Below the pieces are notes generated by a model, which saw only the letters and a program-made list of their open reading frames with translations, was not told the DNA's origin and ran no database searches. The position numbers were made by a program, and so were the translations under genes. Positions 28,567 to 37,388 of a stretch of DNA of 52,244 nt are shown here, piece by piece. Position 1 is the first letter of the stretch; every line of letters starts with the position of its first letter. Origin of the DNA: an uncultured Pseudomonadota bacterium (lineage in GTDB: Bacteria; Babelota; Babeliae; Babelales; JAUPTZ01); assembly GCA_964429275.1 (NCBI GenBank), contig CAYSBJ010000002.1, positions 124,001-176,244 of the forward strand. The letters run 5' to 3'.

Positions 28567-29379
28567 ATGATGATCGATACCCACTGTCACCTCAATATTA
28601 TGGTAGATAAAAAGCCAGAAGAGCTTTTGCGCCAGGAACATTTCCCTGCTATAGAACACATTTTACGAGAAGCTGCTGCGTCTAATCTTTCTTATCTTAT
28701 TACCGTGGGTACCTCTATCCCTGAATCACAGAATTGTGTTGCAGTAGCAGATCGATATCAATCGTCTCCTATTGTTAAAGCTACCATTGGGGTGCATCCG
28801 TGTGATATCACCCAGCCGATTGAAGAGATTATTCGTGAGCTTGAGGCAATTGTTTTTTCTCCGACTGGAAAACATGTGGTAGCGATTGGTGAAATTGGTC
28901 TTGATTATTATCATCAGCCATACGACAAGGAACTTCAGGCGCAAGTGTTTATTGCGCAACTTGAGCTGGCCAAGAAGCATAATTTGCCGGTTGTTATCCA
29001 CATTCGTGATGCCGGAGCAGATGCATTGACGATTTTAGAAAAATATAAAAATGACCTTTGTGGTGTTATTCATTGTTTTTCGCTCGATTTGGCTGCTGCC
29101 GAGAGAGTTATTTCTTGGGGATGGTATATTGGCATTGATGGTCCAATTACCTACCCAAAAAACCATGATTTACGCTCTGTAGTTGCTACAGTGCCATTGA
29201 CTGGCATTGTGATGGAAACTGACGCCCCGTTCTTGCCGCCGCAGCATTTGCGGGGCAAAAGGAATAGTCCGGCTAATCTTGGCATTATTGCACAGGCTAT
29301 TGCTGATGCGCGAGGGATTTCACTTGCAGAAGTTGTTGCGCAGACAGCAAAAAATGCTCGGGCATTGTTTCGGCTTTAG
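28567..29379 (+). CDS. tatD: TatD-family deoxyribonuclease
   Basis: MIDTHCHL, GVHP, AIGEIGLDY, IHIR, HCFS and ETDAPFL. Start at 28567 (ORF track 28492). Confidence 0.95.
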   Translation: MMIDTHCHLNIMVDKKPEELLRQEHFPAIEHILREAAASNLSYLITVGTSIPESQNCVAVADRYQSSPIVKATIGVHPCDITQPIEEIIRELEAIVFSPTGKHVVAIGEIGLDYYHQPYDKELQAQVFIAQLELAKKHNLPVVIHIRDAGADALTILEKYKNDLCGVIHCFSLDLAAAERVISWGWYIGIDGPITYPKNHDLRSVVATVPLTGIVMETDAPFLPPQHLRGKRNSPANLGIIAQAIADARGISLAEVVAQTAKNARALFRL

Positions 29380-31304
29380 AATTCTTCGGTTGTTCTTTTT
29401 ATAAGCTGTTCAGTGTACTCGCTAAGCCCTTCTTTTGATTCTACGCGTTTGAGGTGTTCGTAGGCATACTGAAGAACTCGTTCATCAAAGCCTTCTCGCG
29501 CCAGAAGGTCGAGGGCGATGACAGTAGCATTGATGCCGGGCTTGAGAGTGTATGGATAGGTGAACGACCCATCATTGTTTTTGTAAGCAGCAACGTGATG
29601 ATTTGTGAATTGGCTTGTTTGTTCATCACTAAGCTTGGTTAAATGAAAATAGTGGGTTGCTAGTATGAGCAGACTACTTGGGCACTTACCCAGTTCTTTG
29701 CCGATACCATAGGCTGCTGCAGCGCCAGCTGCTGGATTGGTACAACGAAACATCTCATCCATGACGGTAAGTGCGTATTCGTTTTCTTTTAGATGCATAA
29801 TTTGTGTGATTAGCTCATTGGCACGGCGAACTTCAGCTCGGTGTTGCGAGAGCGCATTACCGGCATCCTCAACGATATTGAGGTAGGTATTTAGGTGGGC
29901 AAACGGTGTTAAGTGTATTGCTTTAGCAGGTACGACGGTAATTGTTTGGGCGAAAAGGGAGGCTAGGACAATCCCCTTGATGATAGTTGATTTACCTCCG
30001 GCATTTGGGCCGGTAATAGTCATGTTGCGGGCCATTTTTCCACCGAGCTCTATGCTGTTGGCAATCGCACGGTTTGGCTGCAAATTAGGGTGCCAGAAGC
30101 CTTCAATGGACAGGTGTGGACCGCTGCCCAATTTCTCATACGTAGCGTAGCAGTAATGGTTTTCCAAGTTTTGATACTCGCGGACCAATGTTGCAATACT
30201 TAAGAGGGCATCAAGTTCGCCAATGGCACTCAAAACGGATGTCAGACGGCTTTGAATTGATAGGAAGCGCGACAGTGAGGCGAGTACTGAGCCCAGTCCA
30301 AGTGAAAAGTAACCCTTATCTTGTTGAAATGCTTTACTCGTAAGGCTGTGAAAAAAGGTGTGTATATCGGTATTTTGTTTGCCACTGAATTTTTGAATGA
30401 CTTTGATAGGTGCAATATTAGCAGAAGAAAAACGACGACCATATGCCCCTACGTTGATGAGTGTTTCTCCGAGCGCAACGAGACTATGCAGTTTTTGTTT
30501 GAGTGACGCGATCAACATGCGGCGGTTGCGCAGCTTGGAATACATTGTTTTCCATGCAATGGCAAGTCCCAATGCGGTAAAGCTTACCGAAACGCCGTTA
30601 AATATTTTTTCTTTTGTGGAAGCACGGCCATCTTGTTCTTTCTCGAAGAAAAACGTTTTTAAAAACTGTGTCCCGGCAAGACCAAAAATAGGAGAAAGAC
30701 TTTCAAAGACATCATAGAATCGACGCCTAAGTTCTAGGCTTATCGGCGAACGGAGCTTGGCGATCTTGCCACTGAAAAGTAGTTGGGCCATATTGTTGCC
30801 GTAAATGATGTCATTTTTATTCCAGAGCGCAAGCAGTTGCGGTTCTTTTTCTGCAAATGGGGTAATGAGGTTTTGCAAGGCAATACGCCCGCCATCGTTT
30901 TCTACCAAGAATTTGATTACTCGTTGACGTTCTTTCAGGAGCGTGATATCCGTGGTTGGTGTGAGTAACATATTGGCGAGGGAGCATTCACCGAGCGTTG
31001 TTTTAGTACGACTAATTCCTTTGAGTACTGTAAAATGTGGCTTGCTTGTATCATAGAAAAGGATGTTGAGGTCATTAATTGTCGTTTTATTAAGAGTGGT
31101 TTTTTGTGCAATATTGCGGTGTTTACTTCCATCTTTGAGGATTGATAGGACTGTTGCATACCGTTCATGCGAGCTCAGAATTTCATCCTCTTCTTTGAGT
31201 GAAGAAAGCCCAGGCATCATGGCATCAGCAATAACATCATAACTTGTTTGTGCAGTAAGAGGATTGAAAAATAGTGCTATTAATAGCACGAAGGAACGGT
31301 TCAT
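29376..31304 (-). CDS. MutS-related ATPase D (signal peptide, lever-like region, hydrophobic hairpin, domain V)
   Basis: Walker A GPNAGGKST, Walker B VMDEMF and ATHY intact; signature degenerate (EDAGNALSQHRAE). No mismatch-binding domain I. Confidence 0.9.
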   Translation of the reverse strand: MNRSFVLLIALFFNPLTAQTSYDVIADAMMPGLSSLKEEDEILSSHERYATVLSILKDGSKHRNIAQKTTLNKTTINDLNILFYDTSKPHFTVLKGISRTKTTLGECSLANMLLTPTTDITLLKERQRVIKFLVENDGGRIALQNLITPFAEKEPQLLALWNKNDIIYGNNMAQLLFSGKIAKLRSPISLELRRRFYDVFESLSPIFGLAGTQFLKTFFFEKEQDGRASTKEKIFNGVSVSFTALGLAIAWKTMYSKLRNRRMLIASLKQKLHSLVALGETLINVGAYGRRFSSANIAPIKVIQKFSGKQNTDIHTFFHSLTSKAFQQDKGYFSLGLGSVLASLSRFLSIQSRLTSVLSAIGELDALLSIATLVREYQNLENHYCYATYEKLGSGPHLSIEGFWHPNLQPNRAIANSIELGGKMARNMTITGPNAGGKSTIIKGIVLASLFAQTITVVPAKAIHLTPFAHLNTYLNIVEDAGNALSQHRAEVRRANELITQIMHLKENEYALTVMDEMFRCTNPAAGAAAAYGIGKELGKCPSSLLILATHYFHLTKLSDEQTSQFTNHHVAAYKNNDGSFTYPYTLKPGINATVIALDLLAREGFDERVLQYAYEHLKRVESKEGLSEYTEQLIKRTTEEF

Positions 31305-31308
31305 ATGA

Positions 31309-33279
31309 TCAGATACCTATGCTTGCAAGTTGTGCTTCCATTTCAGCAATCATTGCGGAAGGAAGTTTTTCTTCTTTGAAGATAGTCGTTGACAGTTGTG
31401 GGCTTTGCACGCCAGGTGTGAGCGTATAGGTTTGTACGGTTTTACCGTCAAAAGCGCTTGGGAGTATGTAGTTTGAAAATTGCAGAGAGTTTTGTCTTCC
31501 TAAAATACTCAGCGATAAAAAATTTGTGGCATGGAGCGCTATGCTGTTTGGTAGTTCGCCCAAGTAGCGGGCGACAGCGTATGCGGCTGCCTGGCCAGCA
31601 CCGGCTTCTGTTCCGGTGAAGGTTGCGTCAGCGATGGTAAAGCTAAAATGTCCGGCAGGCATTTGCTTTATGTGGTTAAATAATTGAAGGGCGCGGTACA
31701 GTTCTGTTTTGAACAGAGAACGATCATTTGCCAAGTCGTCTTTGATGTTGGCATAAATATTGATGCTGCTGTAGGCCGTTGCAGTGTAGCTGCGTGCCAG
31801 ACCAATCCCAATTGATTGAGCACATAAGACGTTGAGTGCAATGCTTTGAAGAACGGTTGACTTGCCACTTTCAAAGATGCCCGTGATAATAGCATTTTGG
31901 GGGTTTTTATCGCCAAGTTTAATCGAATTTAGTACCGGTTTTTCACGAGAGAGCACATGCCAAAAGTTTTGTATGTCAAGAAGAGGTCTGTCTGCGCCTT
32001 CAACAAAAGTGGTGAAGCAAAGTGGTTTCTCTTTGCTATCCCGTGACTTAAGATACCATGATGCAAGGCTACTATATGCATCAAAAGCGCCTACAAGCCC
32101 AATTCCTTTAAGAATGCTTTTGCGACAATTGCGGAGCAGATCGATTATGAGAATTAAGTCGCCACCCAAAACATGAGCCGAGGTTCTGCTGTTGAATGCT
32201 GTACCCATAATAATATCGCGCAATTTTTTTACTTTTGGATGGTCTATAGTGAGAGTAATGTCTATTTCATCACTGAGACATTGCAGTGCTGGATTTTGAT
32301 CAAAGTGTTCTTTGAGCCGTTCTGTTGCGGTAAAAAAGACTTTAAGGGGAAGTAGTGCGTCGTAAAAATAATTCATTGCCTTGAATCGGGCTCGTATCCA
32401 CGCAACAATACCAGGAAGCTGGATACCAGCATTATATGCCAGCAGAACTGCAAGTGTTGCTCCAACCACGCGGTGATCAACATTGAATTTGCTTTCTATT
32501 TCTTCTTTTGATGTGTGAGAATATCCCAAAATCCCTTTTATATTGAGCATGGGAAGTGCGATAATGCCGGCTCCATACCAAATATCGCCAAACATTTTGG
32601 CAACACGATTCCACCCTTGATTGCCTCGTGGGCCAAAACTGCGAAAGAAAAACTCATGCTGATAAATACGTAGTCCTTTGTCGTAAAGAGGATGTTCTTT
32701 GCTCGTTAATCCAAGGAGTTGTTCTTGCACCTGTTTGATGCTGGCACAGATGTTAATGATATCGGTAAGAACAGATGGATTCTCGCATAAAGCTTGGATA
32801 GCTATTTGCCTGCTTTGTATGCGCTGCACGTCAATAATAGGTGTTGTGAGGAGGCGGGCTAAAAATATTTTACCCAAAAGAGTTTGCATTTCTGGGGCAA
32901 TACCGCTCAGAACGCTTGGTTCTTGGTCGATAAGGCGAAGACTTTGCCAAGTGTCCGGCTCAAAAAGGGCCCGTTTTTCAAGCGCATACGAAGGAGTATC
33001 AAGTTGTGACATAAGCTCGAGTGCCATCTCGGTTTGCGTGGGTAAGGATAGAGAGAAGGGGGTTGAAAGACTATCCTTTTGGTCTGTAGTTACATCGGTA
33101 AGCTGTTGGGTGGGTCTTTTTTGCTCACCAAGGCTCTGGCGAAAAGCAATGAGTAAATACTCATATTGCTGTTGGACAGGAGTGAGTTTGCGTGCTTCTT
33201 TAGGCAGGATGAGAGCTTCACCGGAAAGAGTGGTCAGGCAGCAGATGAGCAGAAAAGAAGAGAAATGCCAACGGACCAT
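31309..33279 (-). CDS. MutS-related ATPase C, catalytically degenerate
   Basis: Walker A GIFESGKST, Walker B TIADATF (no catalytic Glu), ATNF (no His); signature DDLANDRSLFKTE largely retained. Confidence 0.88.
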   Translation of the reverse strand: MVRWHFSSFLLICCLTTLSGEALILPKEARKLTPVQQQYEYLLIAFRQSLGEQKRPTQQLTDVTTDQKDSLSTPFSLSLPTQTEMALELMSQLDTPSYALEKRALFEPDTWQSLRLIDQEPSVLSGIAPEMQTLLGKIFLARLLTTPIIDVQRIQSRQIAIQALCENPSVLTDIINICASIKQVQEQLLGLTSKEHPLYDKGLRIYQHEFFFRSFGPRGNQGWNRVAKMFGDIWYGAGIIALPMLNIKGILGYSHTSKEEIESKFNVDHRVVGATLAVLLAYNAGIQLPGIVAWIRARFKAMNYFYDALLPLKVFFTATERLKEHFDQNPALQCLSDEIDITLTIDHPKVKKLRDIIMGTAFNSRTSAHVLGGDLILIIDLLRNCRKSILKGIGLVGAFDAYSSLASWYLKSRDSKEKPLCFTTFVEGADRPLLDIQNFWHVLSREKPVLNSIKLGDKNPQNAIITGIFESGKSTVLQSIALNVLCAQSIGIGLARSYTATAYSSINIYANIKDDLANDRSLFKTELYRALQLFNHIKQMPAGHFSFTIADATFTGTEAGAGQAAAYAVARYLGELPNSIALHATNFLSLSILGRQNSLQFSNYILPSAFDGKTVQTYTLTPGVQSPQLSTTIFKEEKLPSAMIAEMEAQLASIGI

Positions 33280-33316
33280 ACTGCAAAGCCTCTAGGTAAG
33301 TGCTGAAAAACCTTTG

Positions 33317-35332
33317 TTACAAAAGCATTCTATCGCGTTTTAGCCCTTTTTTATAGAGGAATTCTTCGGCTCTGGCAAGAATGTCGGAATCAAAGCCTGC
33401 TTTTCTGGCCAAATCAATAGCAATAACTTGGTACGAGCGCCCTGGCTCGAGTTTAAAAGTATGAATAATATCGCCATTTTCCTCTTTTACGATTGAGACA
33501 TGGTAATTAGTAAAAAAGTGGTTGGTATGGTGCGGCAGGGTGGTGAGTCGGGTAAAGTGGGTGGCGGCGATAGGCATACAGTTTGTGAGTTTCGAGAGTC
33601 CGTAGCAAATGCCAAAGGAGGCGGCTTCACCTTCTGCAGGGGCAGTGCTGCTGAGGAGTTCATCAACGATGATAAAAGAAAATTTGTCTGGGGGAAGATT
33701 ATAAGCACTGTGCACAATTGTACTGATTCGGTCTTCTTCTGCTTGGAAGAGTGAACGGCCTTGAGCGATATTGTCAACCGGGTTCAAGAAGGTAAGGATT
33801 TTGCTCATAGGGGTGAATGTGACATCGCTTGCTGGTGCAATGCCGAGTGTTTGTCCCAGGAGCACGCAGAGGGCAATAGACCGTATATTCATGGATTTGC
33901 CGGAGGCATTGGGGCCAGTAACGACCATGCCAGGATTATTGTCATTTCCTAAAGTTATGCTGTTCAAGACTGCTTTTTCTGACGGGATGAAGGGGTGATA
34001 ATAATTGGTTGCAGCGAGATAGGGGGTGGTACTTTGGCAATAACGAGCAAAGCACCAGGGAGTTGCAGAGTTTGCTTTTTCTTGCATGAGCGTGGCCAGG
34101 CTTAGATACGCCTCTAGTGCACCGATACCCCTGAAGACCTCTGAAAAGCTCGCTTTTATGTTAAGAAACTGCGGGATAGCGTGGAGTACTTTGCCAATGT
34201 AGGACAGGTGGTAGGAATTTGATTGAAATGCTGGATTTGCAAGATTTGTAAGGAATGCTTTTTGTTTTTTGTTTGTTCCTAGTGCAAATTCTTTAATGGC
34301 GGCATGGTTGTAAAGATGCTCGCTGAGTATCGGATCATTCGCGATGAGTGCAAAGATGCGCTGTATGATTGTGCTGCAGGTTATGAGCACTCGAGTGCGC
34401 TGGCGAATTTGCGCGGCGAGATTTGCATATGACTGCATTGAGCGTTTCCATTGGTCAAACTCGATTAACGAAGGAACCATTGAGACAATTGTAGAAAGAA
34501 AAGCATAGAGATTTTCTTCATTTCTTGCTTTTTTCTCTTCTGCGTTCAGAGGGGCATCGTCACTCTTTATTGAGGTTACAGCTTTAAGCCACCCGGGTTG
34601 AGCACTTGCATTTTCCATGCCACGTCCGTATTTCATGTGCATCGTGCGGATTATGGTATTTATGGTATCTAAAATCAGGAAATCGATAACCGGTTTCCAG
34701 TCCTTACGGCGACGGTTAAATTCGAGCCAGAAGGCCCCATTCGCCTCGTTATATTTTTTAAAATTACCTGCGTAGAAAGTCTTCTTTACATAATTGGTGT
34801 ACAAAATATCATCGGTATTCCAGAGGCTGTAGAGGTTTTCTTCAATAGTTGCTAGTTCTTGAAATAATGCCTTCAGTGCCTGCGCAAGCGGCTGGTTGTT
34901 CATGAGGTGCGTGATGATCACTTGATGGGTTTGAAGCACGGTTACGTTACTGGATGGATGGGCCATGAATGTTGCCAATCCTATCTTCCCATTAAGCGAG
35001 GAGCCGCGATACATCTTTTCTAAAAGTGTATAGTCAGGACGTTGATCATTGTAAAAAAAGAGATTGAGATCACGTATTGTTTTGGTATCAATAATTTCTT
35101 CAGCTGCAGTTTCTTGCTTGGCACCAAGCAGCGAAAATAATGCTTCATGCTTTTCATAATCGCTCAATGCTACTGCTGGAAATGTTAGTTTTTTCCCATG
35201 GGTGAGATTTATTTTTTGGTTTAATTTTATTGCAGGAAAGTTTTGAAGAATTTCCTGCCGTATTCTTTCGTATGGGCTGGCATACAGAATGGGCAATGTG
35301 CTCAGAAGAATACTTATTAAAAGTAGCATCAT
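33317..35332 (-). CDS. MutS-related ATPase B' (paralogue of 37389-39515)
   Basis: GPNASGKSM, DNIAQGRSLFQAE, IIVDELLSST, ATHF; signal peptide. Confidence 0.9.
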   Translation of the reverse strand: MMLLLISILLSTLPILYASPYERIRQEILQNFPAIKLNQKINLTHGKKLTFPAVALSDYEKHEALFSLLGAKQETAAEEIIDTKTIRDLNLFFYNDQRPDYTLLEKMYRGSSLNGKIGLATFMAHPSSNVTVLQTHQVIITHLMNNQPLAQALKALFQELATIEENLYSLWNTDDILYTNYVKKTFYAGNFKKYNEANGAFWLEFNRRRKDWKPVIDFLILDTINTIIRTMHMKYGRGMENASAQPGWLKAVTSIKSDDAPLNAEEKKARNEENLYAFLSTIVSMVPSLIEFDQWKRSMQSYANLAAQIRQRTRVLITCSTIIQRIFALIANDPILSEHLYNHAAIKEFALGTNKKQKAFLTNLANPAFQSNSYHLSYIGKVLHAIPQFLNIKASFSEVFRGIGALEAYLSLATLMQEKANSATPWCFARYCQSTTPYLAATNYYHPFIPSEKAVLNSITLGNDNNPGMVVTGPNASGKSMNIRSIALCVLLGQTLGIAPASDVTFTPMSKILTFLNPVDNIAQGRSLFQAEEDRISTIVHSAYNLPPDKFSFIIVDELLSSTAPAEGEAASFGICYGLSKLTNCMPIAATHFTRLTTLPHHTNHFFTNYHVSIVKEENGDIIHTFKLEPGRSYQVIAIDLARKAGFDSDILARAEEFLYKKGLKRDRMLL

Positions 35333-37305
35333 ATGCGATCCTTCTTTGGCAAGTAATGGTGCGGGTTGTTTAGAACGTCGCGCATCTTTTTTGTCATGAC
35401 TGATGGGAGCCCTATTTGTTCTAATAGGTCAGGGGCTATTTGTTGTGTTGTCGCACCAAATTGTATGTGGTAGGGATATACAAAATTGCCGGTGGCATCT
35501 TTTTGTACCACAACCTTCATGTTTTTAAAGCGCGTAGGGTCTTGAGTTTCTAGGTCAACTAGGCCAGAGAAGTGCGTTGATAACAGTGTGATGCTATTTG
35601 GGTAGGTTGCGAGTTTTTCCGCCACAGCAAAGGCGAGGGCCTCTCCTACTCGTGCCTCGGTGCCGGTGCAGATTTCATCTAAGATGGTCAGGCTAAATTG
35701 ATTTTGGGGAAGTTCGTCGATACGCTTGAGTAATGCGAGTGCGCGGGCTAATTCTGCACGAAAGAGCGATTGTTGCTTGCTTGAATCATCGGTAATATTG
35801 AGATAGGTACCGATGCGATGAAAAGGAGTAAAAACAAATCGCCTTGCCGGCGCAATGCCAATTGATTGCCCTAAGAGGCAGCCAAGAGCTAATGCTTTCA
35901 TGATAGTTGATTTGCCACCTGCGTTAACACCACTGATGATGAGATTGTTCGGGTGCTGAGGCGCGGCAAATGACAATGTGTTTAACACGACTTTATCTGC
36001 CGGAATGGCTGGATGATAAAAATCTTGCGCATGAATAATGGGCGTTTGTGCATCTGTGATAAATTCAACAAAGCAGTACGGGGCATTGCTTTGTTGCCGC
36101 TCGCGCATGAGTGTGGCGATGGACAGATAGGCATCGATATACCCAACAAGGACAAGGCCATTGAGCATGGTTGGCAGGACTTTTTTTGCTTCAAGGAGTG
36201 CATTTGCCACAGTACCTTGGTTTGACAAGATGCTTTGCATGATCCCTGGAATGCTGCCATCTTTTGGAGGGGTAAAGGCGCCACTAGAGAGGCGTTTTGC
36301 AAGTGGCTTTAATTGTGGCGCATAATCGATCGCATAACGTTCACTATAGACAGAAAACTCGGAGAATTCGCTCGTTTTTGCGGCTGCAGTGATGATTGGA
36401 AGCTGTAATAAAAGTACGTGTACAGCAGAAAGGCGTCGCTGAATGTAGGCCGTTGTTTCAGCCAAATCTTTGAGGAGGCCAATCGTTTCGTAGGCGCGAT
36501 AACCAGAAAGCGCAGAAATGAGCGCAAAAACCGCTATCAATCCAGCATTCTGGTGCTCTTCGTATGACTTGATTCCTTGTGCAGCTTTTTTTCCCATTAT
36601 GCCTGCGGTATAGCAGAAAAATGGCAACATACAGATTGAGGTTAGGTGCAGCGCATTGAGGGCAGTACTTCTCATGAATGGTGAAGGAATTCGACCAAAG
36701 GTATCATACCAATTCAGGATAATCTCTTGATTAAAAAAATCAGTTGCACGGAGCATAGCAATCAGATTTACTTCTTCTGCAGCAACGCATGTGACAGCGG
36801 CTTGTAGTGTATTGAAAAGGTGGTCATCGGTCGTAAGTCGTTTAATGAATTGCTGGCGCCCTTGTAGGCATGAAAGATCAGTAAGGGGGTCGAGCAGCAG
36901 TCGCGTGAGTGTTAACTCACCGACCATCGTTTTTGTCCGTTTAAGAGAGCCGACGACGGTTTTTTCCGAAATTCTGCTGGCATTTGTGAAAAATTCTAAA
37001 TTCTGCCAGACCTCTTGGTCAATAACGTTGCTTTGTGGTAATGGGTCGGTTGCAGCGATGTAGCTTTTGAGCTTTTCAAGAGACGCGAATACGAGGTCTG
37101 CACGTGTGAGGCTTGGAAGCTCAAGTTTGCGGCTTGTCGTAGTAATGCCTTCATCTGGGTTATTGTGCTCTTCCTCTGGCTTAATGAGCATGCCAACGAA
37201 TGCTGCTTCGATATCTTGGTATCGGTTTTGTATGGTGGGGACGCTACTCCAGCAAGTGCCGGAAAAAAGGGCAATGCCCAAGAAAAGCAGCGGATAAGAA
37301 TACAT
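35329..37305 (-). CDS. MutS-related ATPase A' (paralogue of 39518-41776)
   Basis: GVNAGGKST, DDSSKQQSLFRAE, TILDEICTGT, STHF; signal peptide; ATGA overlap with the next gene. Confidence 0.9.
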   Translation of the reverse strand: MYSYPLLFLGIALFSGTCWSSVPTIQNRYQDIEAAFVGMLIKPEEEHNNPDEGITTTSRKLELPSLTRADLVFASLEKLKSYIAATDPLPQSNVIDQEVWQNLEFFTNASRISEKTVVGSLKRTKTMVGELTLTRLLLDPLTDLSCLQGRQQFIKRLTTDDHLFNTLQAAVTCVAAEEVNLIAMLRATDFFNQEIILNWYDTFGRIPSPFMRSTALNALHLTSICMLPFFCYTAGIMGKKAAQGIKSYEEHQNAGLIAVFALISALSGYRAYETIGLLKDLAETTAYIQRRLSAVHVLLLQLPIITAAAKTSEFSEFSVYSERYAIDYAPQLKPLAKRLSSGAFTPPKDGSIPGIMQSILSNQGTVANALLEAKKVLPTMLNGLVLVGYIDAYLSIATLMRERQQSNAPYCFVEFITDAQTPIIHAQDFYHPAIPADKVVLNTLSFAAPQHPNNLIISGVNAGGKSTIMKALALGCLLGQSIGIAPARRFVFTPFHRIGTYLNITDDSSKQQSLFRAELARALALLKRIDELPQNQFSLTILDEICTGTEARVGEALAFAVAEKLATYPNSITLLSTHFSGLVDLETQDPTRFKNMKVVVQKDATGNFVYPYHIQFGATTQQIAPDLLEQIGLPSVMTKKMRDVLNNPHHYLPKKDRI

Positions 37306-37374
37306 AAGATGCCTGTCCTTGGTACCATGTGGTTACGGACAGGCATCTTAGTTTTTTTAATGAAGCTAAATCAA
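37305..37374 (-). promoter_or_regulatory. 14-bp perfect inverted repeat covering the RBS/start of 35329-37305, overlapped by a candidate internal promoter
   Basis: TAAGATGCCTGTCC (37305-37318) pairs with GGACAGGCATCTTA (37337-37350). Minus strand shows TTGATT-N18-TAAGAT at 37345-37374. Confidence 0.6.
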
Positions 37375-37388
37375 TGGATGATCAGATA

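Noticed and set aside
31309..33279. Calling the degenerate MutS-like gene C a pseudogene
   Set aside because: The ORF is full length and uninterrupted, and the changes are concentrated in cis catalytic residues while the trans signature is kept.
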